DNA of 64,000 bases from Cenococcum geophilum. Lineage: Eukaryota. Location of the stretch: the NCBI GenBank assembly GCA_050273025.1, contig CP158635.1:18662001-18726000 (forward strand). Direction: 5' to 3'. This document shows, in pieces, positions 52,838-64,000 of this stretch (positions are counted from its first letter, which is position 1; the number at the start of each line of letters is the position of its first letter). Made by a program: the position numbers and the translations under genes. The notes beneath the pieces are model-generated. The model was not told where the DNA came from and ran no database searches. It saw only the letters and a list, made by a program, of their open reading frames with translations.

Positions 52838-55450
52838 TTTTATTATTAGTATAAACGGAATTAAAACCAACCTAGAGAAAACAGCCGTAATTAACTAGTA
52901 GGCACCCCTATAGACCGTAAAGGGGGTATAATCCTTTTTAGGGTTTTATAACTTCTACTAACGCTTTATTAAGAACTATAGTAAAATCACTTAGCCTCTT
53001 AACCGTCTTACTAAAAAAGACTAGCCCTTCTACTTTAACACCATATATAGGCAGGCCTTTAATAAGCTTAAAAAACGGCTAGTATCGGCTCCCCTACTTA
53101 CCCATTTTAATCTAAAACAGCCCTTAATGCTAGAAACTAATACCTTAGACGGCGTAATAGCTAGTATTTTTTCCTAGAAATAACCGGACGGAGAGTAGCA
53201 CCCTATTATATACTATTTAAAGACTATAATAGATACTAAGCTAAATTACTATATCCATAATAAAGAAATGCTAGCTATTATCTCTAGCTTTTAGCACTGG
53301 CGTATATAGCTAGAGGGGACCCCTAAGCTAATTAAGGTAGTTTTAGATTATAAGGCCCTAAAATACTTTATAATAACTAAGGCCCTTATGGCCTGGTAGG
53401 CACGCTAGGCGGATACCCTATCTTAGTTTAACTTCTTAATTATATATAGACTAGGCGCTATAAACTGTACGGACGCTCTTATAAGGCGTAAGTAAGACCT
53501 AAATAACTAAATAGCTGTGAAGATCTTATTATAGACCTAGACGCTACTATAACTAGAATACCTTAACCCCTAAATATAGGCAGAACTAAGCATGGACTCC
53601 TTAGGCGCTAAGATATATCCTATTAACTCCTTTAAACTTAACCTTATTAATAAACTACTATAGGCTAACTAAACAACCCCCTCTCTATAGGAATACCGTA
53701 AAAAGGTAAAAAAATGTTATTAGCCTATAGTCCCTTAAAAACGGACTACTTAAGTATTAAAAACAGCTAGTAGTAGCTAAGGAACAGAACTTACGGACCC
53801 GGCTTATTACTAAAGCTTATACCTAGGTCTCTACGGCCCACCCTAGAAAAAATAAGACCTATAAGATTATTAGTAACCGCTACTACTAGCTTAGAATAAT
53901 TATAGATATTAACCGTTATATACGGAACTGCGATAGCTACTATAGATTTATAATTCCATAAGATAAAACCCTAGGATTATTAAAACCTCTTTTAATACCT
54001 AACCGCCCCTAGTAGTATATCTCTATAGACTTTTATAAGCTACTAATAAACCGCGACGGATATAATATAATTATAATTCTAGTTAACCGCTTTAGTAAGC
54101 GCCTATTCTTAATTCCCTATTATAAGAATATTAATGCTAAGGAGGTAGCCTAACTATATATCTACTACGTCTACCGCATTTACGGACTACTAGATACTAT
54201 TATATTTAATTATAGCCCGTAATTTATATTGGCCTTCTAAAACAAGTTTACCTAGATCCTAGGTATTAGGCTAAAGCTTTCTATAGCATACTATCCCTAG
54301 ATAGACGGCTAGACGGAGATTATAAATTAATATTTAGATTAGAGACTCCGGCCTTTTATTAACTACTTCTAAAATAACTAAGGCAAACTATTACCCCTAA
54401 TAAACTACGCCCAGGCGACTCTACCCTATAACTCTATAGGATTTGCACCTATTTAACTAGAAATAGGGTATTTATCCTAAATAAGCTTTAACTGGGATAG
54501 ACTAGAAGAACTATAGACTATACGCGAGAAACTATTTTATAAGGAAGCCTAGATAGTAGCCTATATAAATCTAAAAAAGGCTTAGAAATTAATAGAATAG
54601 TAGGCAAATAAGTATAAGCGCAAACCTAACTTTACCGTAGGTAATATAGTCTAGGTTATAATAAAGAACTAAAAAATGGAACGGCCTAGCTATAAGCTAG
54701 ACTATTAGATAGCGGGACCGTATAAGGTTCTTAAGAAGATAGGTAACTTGTATAAAGTAAAGCTCCCAGATTTAATTAAGGTTTACTCTATTTTCTCGCT
54801 AAATAAGCTATAGAAAGCTATAAATAACCTATTACCTAAATAAAAGAACGAACCTCCCCTACTAATTTAAGTTAATGGCGACAATAAATAGGAAATTAAA
54901 GAAGTACTGGCCTATAAACTAGTAAGGAAAACGCTAAAGTACCGCGTTAGTTAGAAAGGCTATAACCTAGATCCTACCTAGTACCCTATATAAAACTTTA
55001 TTAGTAGTCCCTATAAGCTTTAAGAATTCTATAACTGCTACCCTAATAAATTAGGACCCCTAAAGTACCTAGATAAGTAGATGGAGTACTAGTATAGTAA
55101 AGATAATAAGCTATTAGAAGAATATAAAGATAAGAACGCCCTATAAGTATAATATAGACTATAAAGCCTAAGGGCAGGCTTTTATAGAGGGGGGGGTAAT
55201 ATTATAGCACTAGCAGAAACTGGTAGAACCTAGTAGAACTTAATAGAACTTAGTTAGCAGAACTTAGTAAAACTTTATAGTTACGTAACTAAAAGACCGT
55301 ATAAAAAGAACCCTACTTTAACTAGCGCTGCTCTTCTTCTCCTTTCCTTTCTTTAGCTTTAGATCCTTGTTTATAGACTACCAATTATATAGGCTTACGC
55401 GTCCCTCTTACCATACTCGTGCCTCGATTAACTAAGTCGCTAACACCTAT

Positions 55451-56265
55451 AATACTAAGTCGCCTATAGATATTAAGCGGTACCTTAAGAGTCTATCTCC
55501 GTAACGTTTATTAGCAGTAGTTAAGGATATCTACACTGCTGTTTTTAGTTAGGAAGTTTTTTAGATAGCTAACTATGCTAGCTAGTCTATGGAACCGCGG
55601 TAAAAGGGTTACCCTAAGTAGGCTAGTAGTACTACATCCTTATAAATACTTTTTAAGCCTACTAATGCAGAGTTTCTAATGTATATCCGCTTCTTATAAC
55701 TAGTAGAAACGTATAAAGTCCTTAAGCACGCTATTAAGCTTATAGATATCGGCCTACTTAGCTATATGCTCCCCTATATCTATATCTATTTCGTAGGTAG
55801 TTAGAATAAAAACTATCTACTAGAGATATTACGTTTCCTCTAGCTAACTTTAATAGATGTTTATTTTTTTAAGCTCTAGTAAGTTATTCTAGTAAATAGT
55901 TTAGTAAATAACCGCGGTAAATAGAATAGTTATTACCTAATAGATCTTAATAATAAGTTACTTAATAGGGAGATAAAGTAGCTTATATATACTTATAGTA
56001 ATTTAATATTTAACCTAGACTTGCTTTTTTGCTAGAGTATCTATATAACTAATTATATAGGGCTACTATATGTAAAGTTTAAGATTATATTTAGCGAACG
56101 GATATTTACTTAATTTACTATTAAATCTACTATAGTAAATATTTAATTACTTACTAATGTAATTACCGTAGGCTCTATTATCCGCTATTAGGTATAGTAA
56201 GTAAAGATAAAAGCGCCGCCTCTATTATAACTAGGTATTAAATAACTTAATTAATCTGCCCTTAA
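55451..56265 (+). pseudogene. DUF6589/Academ-type transposase, part 2
   Basis: ETYKVLKHAIKL(A)DIGLL (~55705); de-RIP ILANSLVNNRG..DSYYPMDL.NELLNGEMK (~55885-55980); resumes after the K TSD. Confidence 0.72.
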
Positions 56266-59200
56266 TGTTAGCGACTTAGTTAATTAAGGCACGAGCACGG
56301 TAAGAGGGACGCGTAAGCCTATATAATTGGTAGCCTATATAATTGGTAGTCTATAAATAAGGATCTAAAGCTAAAGAAAGGAAAGAAGAAGAAGAGTAGC
56401 GCTAGTTAAAGTAGGGTTCTTTTTATACGGTCTTTTAGTTATATAACTATAAAGTTCTACTAAGTTCTGCTAACTAAGTTTTGCCAAGTTCTACTAGGTT
56501 CTGCTAGTGCTATAATATTACCCCCCCCCCTCTATAAAAGCCTGCCCTTAAGCTTTATAGTCCATATTATGCTTATAGGGCGTTTTTATCTTTATATTCT
56601 TCTAGTAGTTTATTATCTTTACTATATTAATACTCTATCTACTTATTTAGGTACTTTAGGGGTCCTAGTTTATTAAAGTAGCGGTTATAGAATTTTTAAA
56701 GCTTATAGGGACTGCTAATAAAGTTTTATATAGGGTACTAGGTAGAATCTAGGTTATAGCCTTTCTAACTAATATAGTACTTTAGCGTTTTCCTTACTAG
56801 TTTATAGGCTAGTACTTCTTTAATTTCCTATTTATTATCGCTATTAACTTAAATTAGTAGGGGAGGTTTGTTCTTTTATCTAGGTAATAGGTTATTTGCA
56901 GCTTTCTATAGCTTATTTAGTAAGAAAATAAAGTAAACCTTAATTAAATCCGGGAGCTTTACTTTATATAAGTTACCTATCTTTTTAAGGACCTTATATG
57001 GTCCTGCTATTTAATAGTCTAGCTTATAGCTAGGCCGTTCCGTCTTCTAGTTCTTTATTATAACTTAGACTATATTACTTATAGTAAAGTTAGGTTCGCG
57101 CCTATACTTATTTACCTGCTATTCTATTAATTTCTAGGCCTTTTCTAGATTTATATAGGCTACTATTTAGGCTTCCTTTAAGTGCTTAGCGTACTACTAG
57201 GCTTCCTTATAAAATAGTTTTTTGTATATAGTCCGTGGTTCTTCTAGTCTATTTTAGTTAAAGCTTATTTAGGGTAAATACCCTATTTTTAATTAGATAG
57301 GTATAAATCCCGTAAAGTTATAGGGTAGGGTTACCTAGGTGTAGTTTATTAGGGGTAGTAGTTTACCTTAGTTATTTTAAAAGTAGTTAATAAAAGGCCG
57401 GAGTCTCTAATCTAAATATTAATTTATAATCTCTGTTTAGCCGTCTGTTTAGGGGTAGTATACTATAAAGAGCTTTAGCCTAATACCTAGGATTTAGGTA
57501 AACTTATTTTAGAAGGCTAATATAAATTACGGGCTATAATTAGATATAATAGTATCTAGTAGTCCGTAAATATAGTAAATATAGTAGATATATAGTTGGG
57601 CCGCCTCTTTAGTATTAATATTTTTATAATAGGGAATTAAAAATAGGCGCTTACTAAAGCGGTTAACTAGAATTATAACTATATTATATTTATTGTAGTC
57701 TATTAGTAGCTTATAGAAGTCTATAAAGATATACTACTAGGGATAATTAGGTATTAGGAGAGGTTTTAATAGTCCTAGGGTTTTATTTTATAGAATTATA
57801 GATCTATAGTAGCTATTGTAGTTCCGTATATAATGGTTAATATTTATAATTATTTTAGGCCAGTAGTAGCGGTTACTAATAATTTTATAAGTTTTATTTT
57901 TTTTAGGGTGGGCCGTAGAGACCTAGGTATAAGCTTTGGTAATAAGCTAGGTTTATAAGTTTTATTTTTTAGCTACTACTAGCCGTTCCTAGTGCTTAAG
58001 TAGTCCGTTTTTAAGGGACTATAGACTAGTAATATTCTTTACCTTTTTATAGTATTTCTATAAAGAGGGGGTTGTTTAGTTAGCCTATAGTAGTTTATTA
58101 ATAAGGTTAAGTTTAAAGGAGTTAATAGGATATATCTTAGCGCCTAAAAAGTCCGTATTTAGTTCTGCCTATATTTAGGGGTTAAGGTGTTCTAATTATA
58201 GTAGCGTTTAGGTCTATAGTAAGATTTTTATAGCCGTTTAGTTATCTAGGTCTTACTTACGCCTTATAAGAGCGTTTACACGGTTTATAGCGCTTAGTCT
58301 ATATATAATTAAGAAGTTAAATTAAGATAGGGTATCTGCTTAGTATACCTACTAGGCTATAAGGGCCTTAGTTATTATAAAGTATTCTAGGGCCTTATAA
58401 TTTAAAACTACCTTAATTAGCTTAGGGGTCCCCTTTAGCTATATATACTAGTACTAAAAGCTAGAGATAATAGCTAGCATTTCTTTATTATAGATATAGT
58501 AATTTAGCTTAGTATCTATTATAGTCTTTAAATAGTATATAATAGGGTGCTATTTTTTATCTAGTTACTTCTAGGGAAAAATATTAGCTATTACGCTATT
58601 TAAGGCATTAGTTTTTAGTATTAAGGGCTATTTTAGGTTAAAATGGGTAAGTAGGGGAGCTAATACTAGCCGTTTCTTAAGCTTATTAAAGGCCTGCCTA
58701 TATATAGCATTAAAGTAAAAGGGCTAGTCTTTTCTAGTAAGACGGTTAAGAGGCTAGGTAATTTTACTGTAGTTCTTAATAAAGTGTTAGTAGAAGTTAT
58801 AAAACCCTAAAAAGGATTATACCCCCTTTATAGTCCGTAGGGGTGCCTACTAGTTAATTATAGCCGTTTTCTCTAGGTTAGTTTTAATTCCGTCTATACT
58901 AATAATAAAACTTAGGTACTTTATACACTTAATACTAAACTTTAACTTCTTAATATTAACCTAAAGGCTAGCCTTACAGAGCTATTATAAAACTTTATAA
59001 ATATACTCCTTATATTCTAGCTCGTTCTTAAAGTAGATTATAATATTATCTAAATAGGCTGTATAGAAATTGTTAAGGTAGTTAAAGAGTATATTATTTA
59101 TATACTGCTAGTATATAGCTAGTCTATTAGTTAGTTTAAAAGGAAGTACTTTATATTTATACGTTCTGTAATAAATCTAAAATATAGTAAGATCTTTAGA

Positions 59201-62200
59201 CCTAGGGTTTATTCTAATTTAGTAAAAGGCCTAGCGGATATTAAGCTTTATAAAGACCTTAGCTCTACTTATTTAGGCTAAAGTCTTATTAAATAGGGGT
59301 AGCGGATAGCAATCTTTATAGGTTATATTATTTAGCTTATAGTAGTTAATATAAAAGCGGAGTCCTCTATTTAGCTTTTTAATAAAGAAAATAAGTAAGG
59401 TAAAAGGGGCTTAGCTAGGCTTAATAAAGCCCTTATTTAGGTTATTAATAAGATACTACTTTATAGCCTATAATTTAGTAATAAACTACTTATAAAGGAG
59501 GCTAAAGCTAAGGGTATTTTCTTTACCCTACTTAATCTCAATCTTATAGTTATATAGTTAGTAAGGTAGAAGTATATTAGACGCTATTTTAAAGAATATA
59601 TCTTTAAATTTCTGGTGTTAATAGGGTAGCTTTTATTCTACTAGTTCCTTATCTATAAGCTTACTTTCTTATCCGCTAAGCTTATTTTTTTTTCCTTAAT
59701 TATTTAATTAATTTTATATAAGCTTATTATAAAGGTAATAGTATTAAACTAAACTAAATTCTAGTAGAATCTTACGGCACTAATATAGCAGACATTAACT
59801 AGTAGAAGGTCCGCTAGTTTTTTTATAGCCGTTTTCTAAACCGTATTTTACGGTTTAGGGTTTATAATCTTTCTTAGCTCCTATTTTATCTTCTATAGGT
59901 TATCCCTCTAATCTATTAGTTTAGTATAATATTTAATATCCCTTACTGTTCTTTATAGCTATATAGGGCCTAAGCTCTCTATAGGGGGCTTTTTTAGGTC
60001 ACTACTAACTTTCTAGGTCTTTAATATAGGTGGCGTAATATAGGTAGTCTAGGGGTGATATAGTATACGGATCTATTATAAATTAAGCTATATATCTTTC
60101 TTAAAGGCCTAGTCCCTATATATAGTATTAGCCTAGTAAATAGTATTAATCTAGGGCTATATAAGGTTTTCTATTATAATACTAATTTCTTTTATAAAGG
60201 AAGGGGTTAGGGGTAGAGTTTTAGGCTAGGTAAGCCGTCTACTCTATATATTAAGCTGTAAGCCTAAATAGGCTAGCTATTTTTGCCTTAAGATTATATT
60301 ATAGCTACCTAGGTCCGTAATAAGGAAGGGGGTGTTATACTACCTTTATCTATTAATATAGAGGTAAATCTATAAGATAGTTATAATAGGTGGTTCTATC
60401 CGCCTATTATACCTATAAATAGGAATTGGTTTAGGTAATTCTTTAATAGGTATATTTAGAAAGTTAGTTAGCTTTATAGTATACTAGGTGTCTATTAAGG
60501 CGAAGGTATTTACTTTAGAGTTAGCTAAAGCAGAGGTTAAAACTTAGTATTTATTACGGAATAAAGTATAAGGGATAGTATAGCTTCTTTTACTAATTAG
60601 CCGACCTAGATTAATATCTAATATATTAATCCCTTTTAACCCTAGAGAGGAGTCTTTCTTTAGGGTTCCTTTTTTTTTTAACTTTATGCTATCCTCCTAG
60701 ATTAATAGAACCTCGTCTGCTTTTATATTTATTAGGTAATCCTTTATATAGTAACCTTTCTATCTATAAGAGAAGCAAGCTCCTTAATTACTAAGGGCCT
60801 ATATATAGGGGTTGCTATATATAGGCTGAGTATTCGCCAGACTTATAATAGGGCTAGCTATATAGCTAGTTGCTAAATTGGTAGTAGGCTATATAGGTAA
60901 TGCTATAGGGGTTACTAATTATGCTAGGGTATTGCGGGTCGTTCTTATATTACTTATAGTCTAATTTAAAGGGTTTCTAGCTTTATACTGTTTAGCGCAT
61001 ACCTTAATTTAGTAAAGGCCTTAGTTAATAGCTAAGCACTAGTCTATAAGTTCCTTTAGCGTCTATATAGTAGTAAAAACTAGTAGTACGGCTCGCTATA
61101 GGTTTAGGGTAAGCTTGTTAAATATATCTAGTATTAGATCTTTTTAGGGAATTTAAGCCTAGCTGGCTAGGTATAGAAAGCGGGTTTAAAAGGCCAAGAA
61201 GGTCTTTATTATTTTTATATTTAGGCTTTTATAATTAAGTTAGGCGTTTTATACTTTAAAGGGGTCCTTATAAATAGAAGATAGGTAGACAATTATCTCT
61301 TCTTTAGAGAGGAAGGGCTCTGCTAAGTCCTATGCGTACCGCGGACATAGGTGCGTTTATATATCCCTATTGGTACGGCTAAAGACGTAAGCCATTTTAG
61401 CCTAAGTGGTAGGAAAGTAGTCCGTATTAACTTTAAGCTTATCCTGTAATTAAAGCTTCTAATTATTAAATATAGAGTTGGTTCCGTCTATAAGTAATAG
61501 GGGGTCTATAACCTTTGCGGACTGTAATAATACTAATGCTATATATTAGGCTAGAGCCTTAAGGACTATAGTAAGTCTCTAGGTATCTAATAATTCCTTA
61601 CTAGGCGTAGGGGGTTCTCTAGCTTTAAGTAGCTCTCAAAGTTATTTAATTTTGGTATTAGCTACTATAAGCTCTACTTAGGAGTTTAAGTTAGTTGCTA
61701 TTTTACTATTAGAGGTATTTAAGGGTCCTATAGCTGCTTTGCTGGCTATTATATTTCTTAATATTATAGTACAGTTATTAGGGTAACCTTTAATAGGATT
61801 CTGTAGGGGTTCTAATCTATGCGTATTCTATAGGTCTTATTATTCTTTTTTATTCTTTTAGTTCTGGTAATATTCTTTAGGTCTAATTTTGTGTTTTATT
61901 CTAGTTTATAATCCGTAAATATATTTAAGTTCCTTCTTAGGAAGAAAGGGTAGTTAAGCTTTAAATAATATTAGCGACTTAGTTAATTAAGGTATAAGTA
62001 CGGTAAAAGGGACGCGTAAGCCTATATAATTGGTAGTCTATAAACAAGGATCTAAAGCTAGAGAAAGGAAAGGAGAAGAAGAGCAGCGCTAGTTAAAGTA
62101 GGGTTCTTTTTATACGGTCTTCTAGTTATATAACTGTAAAGTTCTGCCAAGTTTTACTAACTAAGTTCTACCAAGTTCTGCTAGGTTCTGCTAGTGCTAT

Positions 62201-62204
62201 AATA
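56266..62204 (-). mobile_element. Full-length Gypsy chromovirus L (family C, 5939 bp)
   Basis: LTRs at 56266-56517 (with a 16-bp internal duplication) and 61969-62204; TSD CTTAA at 56261-56265 and 62205-62209; reverse complement collinear with K. Confidence 0.96.
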
Positions 62205-62209
62205 CTTAA

Positions 62210-62345
62210 TGAGTTTAATTTATAGCTAGGCGGTAATCTTTTTGCTATATTTAATAAGCTTAATCTCTATAACGATAATAATAAGTTAGATAGCTTTATA
62301 CTACCTATTAACTTTACTTAAACCTAGCTTTAACCTGCGTATAAG
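62210..62345 (+). pseudogene. Probable C-terminal tail of the DUF6589/Academ-type transposase
   Basis: Resumes after the L TSD; de-RIP acidic tail; end approximate. Confidence 0.45.
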
Positions 62346-62699
62346 TTGCTTAATAAGTAATATAAGATATTAGCTATAAGCTACTACTATAACCGTTTAA
62401 TATCTGCTATAGTTAGTAGTACTAGTATATATTCCTAAGTAATTAATGTTATTAATTAATTAATCTATTTAGTTTCCGAGCTGCGTTTACTAGGGGTATA
62501 AGGTAAAAGGGGGAGGGGTATTATCCTAATAGATATTAGCTACTATAGTTGCAATATCCGCTTAGCGGATATAAGGTAAACTTACCTAGTATTAGCTAAC
62601 CCTGCCTAATATTAGCCCGCTATATACTAATTAGCATTACTATTAATTTCCTATAGTGCTCTTCGCATATATTTACCTCTATTTAATCACATTAACCGC

Positions 62700-64000
62700 A
62701 AAGACGTATCTAACTAGCTAGTTATTAGTGGTATAGATATATCTAACGGCTAATATAAGGGTAATAATGGAGGAGTAGGAGCTAGAGACCTAAGAGTTAG
62801 TAAAGGTATAAGTATATTCTTTTCCTAAGTTATTAGTAAGAGGTTTATAGCTAACTATTAACTAGCCTATAATATATTAGCGCTATAGTAAGGCGCTAAT
62901 TACTATAGCGCTAATATTTTAAATCTTCTATTTAAAACCTATAAAGCCCGTATAAGAGCTTATAATAAGCGCTTATTTATAGCAGCGTGCTACTCTAATA
63001 CTTAGGAAAACCGCTCTAATATTTATATAATTAACCTAGAAGGACCTAAGAGTTACCCTATTTCTTTTTATTTCTACTTTTATTTTTTATCTATTAAAAG
63101 CTTAATAAGGGATAGAAGCTCTTTACTAAGGATATTAGGATCCTACTTAGGTATTACTTACCTTAATAATATTGTATCTAGAACCCACCCTATATTATAA
63201 AGGTGATAGAGCTACTTATCTAGTATAATATAATTAACTATAGGCGTTTATAGTATATCCTAATACCTAGCCTCCGCCTATTACGTAAACTACTTTTATA
63301 TATTACTTAATATAGGCTCCTAGCGGGTTTTCACAATATCCGCACTAGCTATAGTGCGGATATTATACTTATAATCCGTAAATATTGCTTAGTTATAGTT
63401 ACTATAATATAAGTCTTTGCTAATAGTAAACTGTGAGTTTCTATAGTGTATAAGTTATATCGCTTATAAGTATACCTAATCCTTATTAACTAGCCGCTAT
63501 AGGGTAAACGGCAGTTTACTATATAACTGCGTATTAGTTAACCGCTTCTTTAGGTATAGGTTAGTATAATAAGCTTTTTAGGTAGGCGTACTATAGAACT
63601 ACTAGGGCTTAACCTATACCCGCTTCTTATATCTACCAACTACTTAGTATTAACTAATGCTATAGATAAAGCATTACTTATAATATCCGTAGTCTTTACA
63701 TTTTATCGCCCGCGGATATTATTACGCAGCGCGCTTACGCGAAAATCGCCTATATACTAAGGTTGTATATACTTAGAACTACCTAATTTATTATAAGGAC
63801 CCTACTAGCAGCTCTTAACTATAAAGATTGCTTTACCTAAGAGGCCTTTTCCTTGGCCTGCCTAGCTAAACTACTATATTAGTATATTACAGGATTTATA
63901 GTAAGGTATTCTATATTAGATTAAACGGTAGATATCTAGGATATCTATACTATATACTACTACATCTAATATAACTAAAATTTAAATTTAAGACGTTGGG
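62700..64000 (-). pseudogene. C-terminal part of a RecQ-like SF2 helicase (continues beyond the window)
   Basis: 63999-63820 reads ILVILDVVVYSIDILDIYRLI*YRIP...LI**FS*AGQG, de-RIP ILVASDAAACGMDIPDI..LIQYGIP...MQRFGRAGR (helicase motifs V and VI). 3' end uncertain. Confidence 0.72.

Larger units (their letters stand above)
41582..55445 (+). mobile_element. Full-length Gypsy chromovirus K (family C), interrupted in RT by E
   Basis: 246-bp LTRs at 41582-41827 and 55200-55445; TSD CCTAT at 41577-41581 and 55446-55450; PPT at ~55186-55196; gag from ~42032; RT YLDN at ~44740. Confidence 0.96.

Noticed and set aside
1..64000. Alternative genetic code (TAA/TAG read-through) or organellar DNA
   Set aside because: Stops replace Gln, Trp and Arg codons alike and vary between copies; paired LTRs differ by transitions, as expected from RIP.
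62700..64000. Telomere-linked helicase or host RecQ gene
   Set aside because: Heavily RIP-mutated (so repeated), convergent with a transposase remnant, and no telomere repeats in the window; a transposon helicase is more parsimonious.

Overview
AT-rich block of a filamentous ascomycete genome made entirely of nested, RIP-mutated transposable elements. The signs are TpA excess, CpA/TpG depletion, LTR pairs differing almost only by C>T/G>A, and no intact ORF; I found no host gene. Using LTR pairs and target-site duplications (TSDs) I resolved the nesting. The base layer (38612-64000, interrupted) carries the 5' part of a Crypton/Ndc10-type tyrosine recombinase gene (-), a DUF6589/Academ-type transposase (+) and a RecQ-like helicase (-). 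Three copies of one Ty3/Gypsy chromovirus family sit in it: C0 (ending at 38611), K and L. C0 holds Gypsy A, Gypsy D, Copia F (which holds Copia G) and the gag-only LTR element H. A in turn holds Gypsy B, a 127-bp solo LTR, a pogo DNA transposon and a 1.85-kb Helentron-like repeat element. K holds full-length Gypsy E. Most notable: (1) a spliced antisense gene in the 3' region of E encoding a Zn(II)2Cys6-pattern/coiled-coil protein; (2) the recombinase + transposase + helicase base layer; (3) short non-coding modules shared between unrelated Gypsy and Copia elements. Protein calls are manual translations, with RIP mentally reverted where marked 'de-RIP'. No database search was run, and ORF boundaries are approximate unless stated.
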